A stretch of DNA of 22,864 bases, taken from the NCBI GenBank assembly GCA_046758365.1, contig JBHIAC010000037.1, positions 1 to 22,864 on the forward strand, in the 5' to 3' direction. Under the pieces are notes generated by a model. It was not told the DNA's origin and searched no databases. It saw nothing but the letters and a program-made list of their open reading frames with translations. The translations under genes were made by a program, and so were the position numbers. The stretch is from a bacterium (lineage in GTDB: Bacteria; Zhuqueibacterota; Zhuqueibacteria; Oceanimicrobiales; Oceanimicrobiaceae). Every line of letters begins with the position of its first letter. Position 1 is the stretch's first letter. Below, piece by piece: positions 17,837-22,864 of this stretch.

Positions 17837-19978
17837 TTATTTTGCCTTAATACGAGCGAGCCGTAGTGCATTGCTTGTCACTGCCAGCGATGCTCCCATA
17901 TCACCCACCAGAACAGCAATGACCAAAGAAACGATGCCTGGGAAAACTCCGATGGCTAATGAAAATTTGAGTAAAATTGAAGTCCAAATATTTTGCTTGA
18001 TAACCCCTCGGGATTGTTTGCTTAGTTCCACTAAATAGGGCAGTTTGGATAAATCGTCGGACATGAGGGCTATGTCTGCTGTCTCTAAGGCCGTGTCTGT
18101 ACCAGCGACGCCCATAGCAATACCTACGGTAGCGGCTGCTAATGCCGGTGCATCATTAATGCCATCGCCTACCATGGCTACCTTGCCAAATTTCTTCTGC
18201 AGGAATTTAATTTCCTCGACTTTGTCTTCAGGGAGCAGAGCCGCATGGAAGTGAGTAATGCCTAACTTTTTTGCAATAGCCTTGGCTGTTTCCCCATTAT
18301 CTCCGGTAATCATTACCACCTCTTTTCCTGAGGCTTGCAGTTTGGTAATCGTCTTTGTGGCATCCTCACGAATTTGATCGGAAAGACCAATCATACCGAT
18401 AATCTCTGACTCCGTACCCACCAACATAGTGGTTTTCCCTTGGCTTTGTAACGATTGTAACTTTTGCGTTGGAAGATCAACGGAAAATTTGCTAAAAATT
18501 TCCGGACGGCCGATATAATAATTTTCTCCTTTTAGACTTGCGCATACCCCCGTACCTGGTATGGATTCAAAATCTTGGATGTCTTCAATTGGAATCCCGT
18601 TGGCCGACTCAACTATAGCCTTAGCAATGGGGTGCTCGCTGCGAAATTCTAATGACGCCGCCACTTTCATAACCTCTTCTTCGATTCTTCCATTTAAAGG
18701 AATAATATCGGTGACTGTTAATTGGCCTTGAGTTAGAGTACCCGTTTTGTCCAAGGCAATAACATCGATTTTACCCATTTCTTCTAAATGCACGCCTCCT
18801 TTGATTAAGACGCCATTTCGGCTGGCACTGGTGAGGGCTGAAACTACAGAAACAGGCGTTGAAATCACTAATGCACACGGACAAGCAATAACCAAAAGCG
18901 TTAATGCTTTTATAAACCAGATATTAAATGTAGCATTGAAAATCAAAGGCGGAATGGTCGCAACCACTACCGCAAGAGCTACAATGGTAGGCGTGTAGAT
19001 TTTAGCAAACTTTTCAACGAACCGTTCGCTGGGCGCTTTTTGCGCCTCAGCCTCTTCTACTAAGTGAATGATGCGCGCAAGCATAGTATTTTCAGGAGTC
19101 TCTGTGATCCGTACTTCTAAATATCCTTCCAAATTGATGGATCCGGCAAAAACCTTATCGCCCTTTTCTTTGGTCACGGGCAGCGATTCTCCTGTGATGG
19201 GTGATTGGTCAACACTGGAAGCGCCTTGCAATATTTCTCCATCCAAAGCAACTCTTTCGCCGGGCCGGACGATCAATATATCACCAATTTGAACTTGATT
19301 GACCGGAATTTTAATTTCCTTTTTTTGTCTTTTAATTCGTGCTTCATCGGGAGTCAACTTCATTAATTCGCGCAATGAGTTTCGAGCGCGCTCCACAGCA
19401 TAACCTTCCAAAAGTTCGGCTAAAGAAAATAAAAAAGCCAAGCTGGCGGCTTCCACATATTCTTCAATAATCACAGCCCCAACAATAGCCAGGGACATGA
19501 GGAAGTCCATATTAAATTTTAGATTTTTAATTGAGGCCCAACCTTCTCGGCTGAAATAAAAAGCTCCAAAGAAAATGACAGCAAGAAATATTATGGCTGA
19601 TATAGAGACCTCTCTGCTTAAAATTTCTATTAGAACAGGATTTTTTGTGAAGAAATGGATGGCTAATCCAATTCCCAGCAGAACCCCTGAAAGTAAGGTG
19701 TAAATAAATTCACGTTCTAGCCAAATCTTTCTTTCTTCGGGAACCTTAAAGGCATCATGTTTTACTCGATAACCAATTCTTTCAACACGGTGGACCAAAT
19801 CTTCATGTCGCACCTTGACTGGATCGTAACTTATCTTCACCTTTCCCGATGCAAAATTGGCTTTGACATCTCGGACACCGCCGAGTTTTGCCACGGTATT
19901 TTCGATGATATCTGCACAATCGGCGCAGTGAAATCCTTCCAACTGCAGTTCTTCTGATTTAAACATCTCTTCGCTCAT
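17837..19978 (-). CDS. cadA: Heavy-metal-translocating P1B-2 ATPase (Zn/Cd/Pb efflux)
   Basis: N-terminal HMA domain GFHCADC; ITGES; IACPCAL; DKTGT; SEHP; MVGDGINDAPALA; TM7 Lys (LLKF) and TM8 GDMG. Confidence 0.93.
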   Translation of the reverse strand: MSEEMFKSEELQLEGFHCADCADIIENTVAKLGGVRDVKANFASGKVKISYDPVKVRHEDLVHRVERIGYRVKHDAFKVPEERKIWLEREFIYTLLSGVLLGIGLAIHFFTKNPVLIEILSREVSISAIIFLAVIFFGAFYFSREGWASIKNLKFNMDFLMSLAIVGAVIIEEYVEAASLAFLFSLAELLEGYAVERARNSLRELMKLTPDEARIKRQKKEIKIPVNQVQIGDILIVRPGERVALDGEILQGASSVDQSPITGESLPVTKEKGDKVFAGSINLEGYLEVRITETPENTMLARIIHLVEEAEAQKAPSERFVEKFAKIYTPTIVALAVVVATIPPLIFNATFNIWFIKALTLLVIACPCALVISTPVSVVSALTSASRNGVLIKGGVHLEEMGKIDVIALDKTGTLTQGQLTVTDIIPLNGRIEEEVMKVAASLEFRSEHPIAKAIVESANGIPIEDIQDFESIPGTGVCASLKGENYYIGRPEIFSKFSVDLPTQKLQSLQSQGKTTMLVGTESEIIGMIGLSDQIREDATKTITKLQASGKEVVMITGDNGETAKAIAKKLGITHFHAALLPEDKVEEIKFLQKKFGKVAMVGDGINDAPALAAATVGIAMGVAGTDTALETADIALMSDDLSKLPYLVELSKQSRGVIKQNIWTSILLKFSLAIGVFPGIVSLVIAVLVGDMGASLAVTSNALRLARIKAK

Positions 19979-20005
19979 GAAACCTAAATTTTTAATTATT
20001 TAATA

Positions 20006-20359
20006 TTACTCATGGATATGCTCCATAGCGGCCACGATTAATTTGCTAATGTGGGTATCATCCAGCGAATAATAAGCAATTTTACCTTCTCGCCGAAACT
20101 TAACCAACCTCAAATTCTTCAACAAACGAAGCTGATGTGAGACTGCCGAACGACTAACTCCAAGCAGAGTAGCCAAATCACATACACACAGCTCCTGTTC
20201 CTTTAAAGCTAAAATTATTTTCAATCGTGTGGGGTCGCTAAGAAGTTTAAAAGTCTCCGTCAATTCATAGATATGTCCATTAGCCGCCAGCTTTTTCCTC
20301 ACGGCTTTCACTTTTTCTTCGTCAACAAAAAAGACATCGCAACTGCTGTTCTCATTCAT
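20006..20359 (-). CDS. ArsR/SmtB-family metal-sensing repressor (CadC/ZiaR-like); start reassigned to ATG 20359
   Basis: FKLLSDPTRLKI, ELCVCDL (alpha3), SAVSHQLRLL, and alpha5 site DxHx10Hx2E (DTH-ISKLIVAAME-HIHE). The ORF-track start at 20437 falls in the -35 box; ATG 20359 has AAGGG upstream. Confidence 0.9.
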   Translation of the reverse strand: MNENSSCDVFFVDEEKVKAVRKKLAANGHIYELTETFKLLSDPTRLKIILALKEQELCVCDLATLLGVSRSAVSHQLRLLKNLRLVKFRREGKIAYYSLDDTHISKLIVAAMEHIHE

Positions 20360-20383
20360 TTGACAACCCTTTAATATAAGATT

Positions 20384-20401
20384 AACGATTGCACAATCGT
20401 T
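20384..20401. promoter_or_regulatory. Probable ArsR/SmtB operator (inverted repeat)
   Basis: AACGATTG-ca-CAATCGTT is a perfect 8-2-8 inverted repeat just downstream of the -10 box. The minus strand reads TGAACGATTGTGCA, similar to the SmtB-type TGAAC core. Confidence 0.7.
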
Positions 20402-20408
20402 CACTCGA

Positions 20409-20437
20409 ATAATAAAAATAATTTCGCTAAATGTCAA
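20409..20437 (-). promoter_or_regulatory. sigma70-type promoter of the metal-resistance operon
   Basis: Minus strand TTGACA (20437-20432), 17-nt spacer, TATTAT (20414-20409). Confidence 0.75.
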
Positions 20438-20954
20438 GATTTTTTTTAAAGTATTTAACTTGCATTATTCATAAATTGATTCAAGAAAGAGGCGTAATTA
20501 AAAACAAAATAATACTTTAAGTTATTGAGTGAATTCGGTACTCAGTTTTTAAGAAGAAAGACAAAATTATTGACGACAAAATAATTAACTTATTAAAAAA
20601 CAATCATTTTGTCCTAAAATTATTTTGTCTATTACTTCTTTTGATGAATCATTCAGGTTAAGTTTTATCCCAACGTGGACAAGCCGCAACCAAAAAGGTT
20701 TTTAACAAAAAATCTACCCCACGGATAGAAACAAGCCAACCGATTCAAAATCATTTCATCCGTTGGAAAATGTTTTTTCTATTTTCTTTTTATCTTTATA
20801 AAGATTAAAACTTTGTGTCTTGTGGTTAATGCAAATTTGGGTTAAACAGGGTTCCTGCGAGTGTTGTTGCGAGGTTTCTAAGACGCTGACCTGGTTTATT
20901 AAAGTCAAGTGTCTTTTTTCACTGAACAAACGCTAATCTTCTTGAAGAATGAAA

Positions 20955-22769
20955 TCACTTATAAATCCGAAAATTAGCCGTGCGCACCAGCGCTGTCTCA
21001 TCCCACTCATTCGGCTGCCAGGCACGGACATAGATTAAAGGATCGTATTCGTTGAAATCGACCAGTAAAAACAGATAACCCTCATCTGCGTAGGTCGTCG
21101 AGGCATAACTCTGTCGCATTTCAACGCCGTATACATTCTGAGCATTGTTCTTTTTTATGATATCAAACGAACCAAAATCAAGAAAGATATCCTTTTGAAT
21201 GTCAAAAAGCCTTTTCTGACGTTTCAAGTACTCCCGCTTGGTTAACTTGATATATTCATATTCAGGTTGATTACCAAATTTGCGGTATTGAATGGCATTT
21301 TCAGGGAGTTTCTTACGCATGATTTTCCTGCCAACCAGAATCAGTGCGTCTTCAGCGAAAATCAAATCTACCGTTTCGATATCGCGGGTTAAATAGGTGG
21401 TACGGTATTTTTCTACAAATTTAATGATTTCCTGGCGGTTGCCCCAGTCCTTGCCAAATTTAGATTGTTCAACAAAATGGCGATACATCGTTGCCGTTAT
21501 GCTCAGGTTAATGTCGATCAACTCGCCTTTGTCCGAAAAATCAAGCACCAGATATTCCGTTGATTGTTTGTGGATACTCGGATAATCGTGCAGGACTCTG
21601 ATCTTGCGCAGTTCATAGCCCGTGCGTGTTTTGCGAATCGCAGCGGCAATTTCCCGCTCCAGTGGTTTGGGACGATTGTACTTGAGATAGTTTAAAATCT
21701 TAAAACGCAAAAACGGATCGTTGTTATAGAAGCGGTTAACTTCGGCAGTGTTGTTTTTTGCAAGGATATCCAAAAACTGCATCGTCGATTGGGTAATTTT
21801 TGCTGCCACTGGAACCTCACCATCAAACTTCAAACTCAAGTTCCAATTCTTGGCGGCGGTTAGATTCGGCTTAACAACAGGCTCAGCAGAAGAATCCAGA
21901 CGGATGGTCTTTACCGCCTGAAAAGTTGGCTTGTTCACGAGCGACCATAAATCTCCGACAACGCTGTATTCGTTGCGAGATTCATAATAAGCGTACTTGA
22001 TATTCAGCTTGAGTGATTCAAATTTAGTGCTGGCACCCAACAAGTGGAAAGTCGCCAGTCCGTCGCGGCCCTGCACCGCCACCTGGTTGGAACCGTCCCA
22101 GAAAGTAAAATCCAGTAACGCAACCGGAGAGCCGGAATGTGTTAGCCGCAAGGTTATTTCCCGTTCCTTATCAGAAATTCTTTCATCCTTGACAAGCGCA
22201 AAACTGGTGTTAAGAATAATGCGGTTGATGCGCGCCGGCAGTTCGGTGGTGTAATTGATGCCTGCAAAGACCACGTTCTGGTCAGGTAGTGAGTTCAGTA
22301 GCACAATGGAAAAATAGTACAGTTTCAGAGCAAATGCCAGATTGCCAACCTGTTCATAATCTCTCGCTTTGCCCGCCATTTCGGCAATCAACCGTTTGCG
22401 CTCGGAGAAGATCTTATCGACTTCAGACTTTTTTAGATAACAAAAAACTTCGATAGCACCGGTCGGCATTGGCCTTTTGATGGTCTGGACATTTTTAAGC
22501 GTGGCGGTACTGTGCGTGCGCAAAATGGATTTGACGTCTTCATTCAGGCCCTCTGAGGATTCTCTAACTTTACGCTCAAACGAGCTGGCCACCCGCACGG
22601 CGATCTGCCCGGTGAGCTCCGCCAGCGCCCGATCGCGCGCCTCGTTGACATCCTGTGAAAGGCCGCTGCCATAGTAATAATCACCAGAGCGGATGATGGC
22701 GTTTTTGTTAAGATTCTGACTGAAAACAGATGTGGCAAAAATTAAAAGATATAAAATTAAACGTTTCAT
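20955..22769 (-). CDS. Secreted hypothetical protein with N-terminal LPP20-like domain and probable C-terminal NTF2-like domain; start reassigned to ATG 22769
   Basis: Signal peptide MKRLILYLLIFATSVFS|Q with GGAG 6 nt upstream. YYYGSG.S.....ARDRALAEL..QIAVRV.S.F is LPP20-like. C-terminal FVEKYRT.Y..RDI..V..IFAEDALI..G and Q.Y.S.TY.DEGYLFL is NTF2-like. Confidence 0.65.
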   Translation of the reverse strand: MKRLILYLLIFATSVFSQNLNKNAIIRSGDYYYGSGLSQDVNEARDRALAELTGQIAVRVASSFERKVRESSEGLNEDVKSILRTHSTATLKNVQTIKRPMPTGAIEVFCYLKKSEVDKIFSERKRLIAEMAGKARDYEQVGNLAFALKLYYFSIVLLNSLPDQNVVFAGINYTTELPARINRIILNTSFALVKDERISDKEREITLRLTHSGSPVALLDFTFWDGSNQVAVQGRDGLATFHLLGASTKFESLKLNIKYAYYESRNEYSVVGDLWSLVNKPTFQAVKTIRLDSSAEPVVKPNLTAAKNWNLSLKFDGEVPVAAKITQSTMQFLDILAKNNTAEVNRFYNNDPFLRFKILNYLKYNRPKPLEREIAAAIRKTRTGYELRKIRVLHDYPSIHKQSTEYLVLDFSDKGELIDINLSITATMYRHFVEQSKFGKDWGNRQEIIKFVEKYRTTYLTRDIETVDLIFAEDALILVGRKIMRKKLPENAIQYRKFGNQPEYEYIKLTKREYLKRQKRLFDIQKDIFLDFGSFDIIKKNNAQNVYGVEMRQSYASTTYADEGYLFLLVDFNEYDPLIYVRAWQPNEWDETALVRTANFRIYK

Positions 22770-22809
22770 TTTAAGCTCCATTTCTAAAGAATTTTTTTGG
22801 GTATTCACC

Positions 22810-22864
22810 GGGTGTTCACGCTTCAGCGTGTTTTTCCCTCCCACCCCGTGGGTGTTCACGCTTC
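22810..22864. repeat. REP-like short palindromic direct repeats (truncated by window edge)
   Basis: GGGTGTTCACGCTTC at 22810-22824 and 22850-22864. The first copy continues into a CACGC-TTCA-GCGTG hairpin; a degenerate GGGTATTCAC lies at 22799. Confidence 0.55.

Noticed and set aside
20360..20437. 26-aa N-terminal extension of the ArsR ORF
   Set aside because: It overlaps the promoter and operator; ATG 20359 gives a typical 117-aa protein.
17..22738. Short 60-130 aa ORFs in the six-frame track overlapping the long genes
   Set aside because: Antisense or out-of-frame shadows with no recognisable motifs.
22770..22859. 30-aa N-terminal extension of the last ORF
   Set aside because: It is a translation of the REP-like repeats; the signal peptide and SD point to ATG 22769.
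22799..22864. CRISPR array
   Set aside because: The 40-nt period is too short for repeat plus spacer, only two good copies are visible, and there are no cas genes.

Overview
Bacterial genomic window, probably from an FCB-group organism (KSB1/Calditrichota-like; inferred from a PorV-like barrel, FlgD/T9SS-like C-terminal domains and Gln after predicted signal-peptide cleavage sites). The left 13.7 kb is a tight five-gene minus-strand operon behind a TTGACA-17-TAAAAT promoter. In transcription order it encodes: a membrane-anchored Ig-like protein; a secreted Reg_prop/Y_Y_Y beta-propeller protein; a secreted 14-repeat FG-GAP protein; a PorV-like outer-membrane barrel fused to a transglutaminase-like Cys-His-Glu domain and TPRs; and an inner-membrane CHASE2 sensor fused to an intact caspase-like CHAT protease. 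The two secreted proteins share a ~59%-identical C-terminal sorting-like domain. Together these genes look like a candidate trans-envelope sensing/proteolysis system. Next come a divergent YyaL/SSP411 gene and an ArsR/SmtB - P1B-2 ATPase - ZIP metal operon with a clear promoter and operator. Directly behind the metal operon is an orphan gp19/Afp1-like tail-tube gene that carries a Sec signal peptide. The window ends with a secreted LPP20-like protein and REP-like repeats. No rRNA, tRNA, CRISPR array or transposase was seen. All domain calls are by-eye motif recognition, not database searches.
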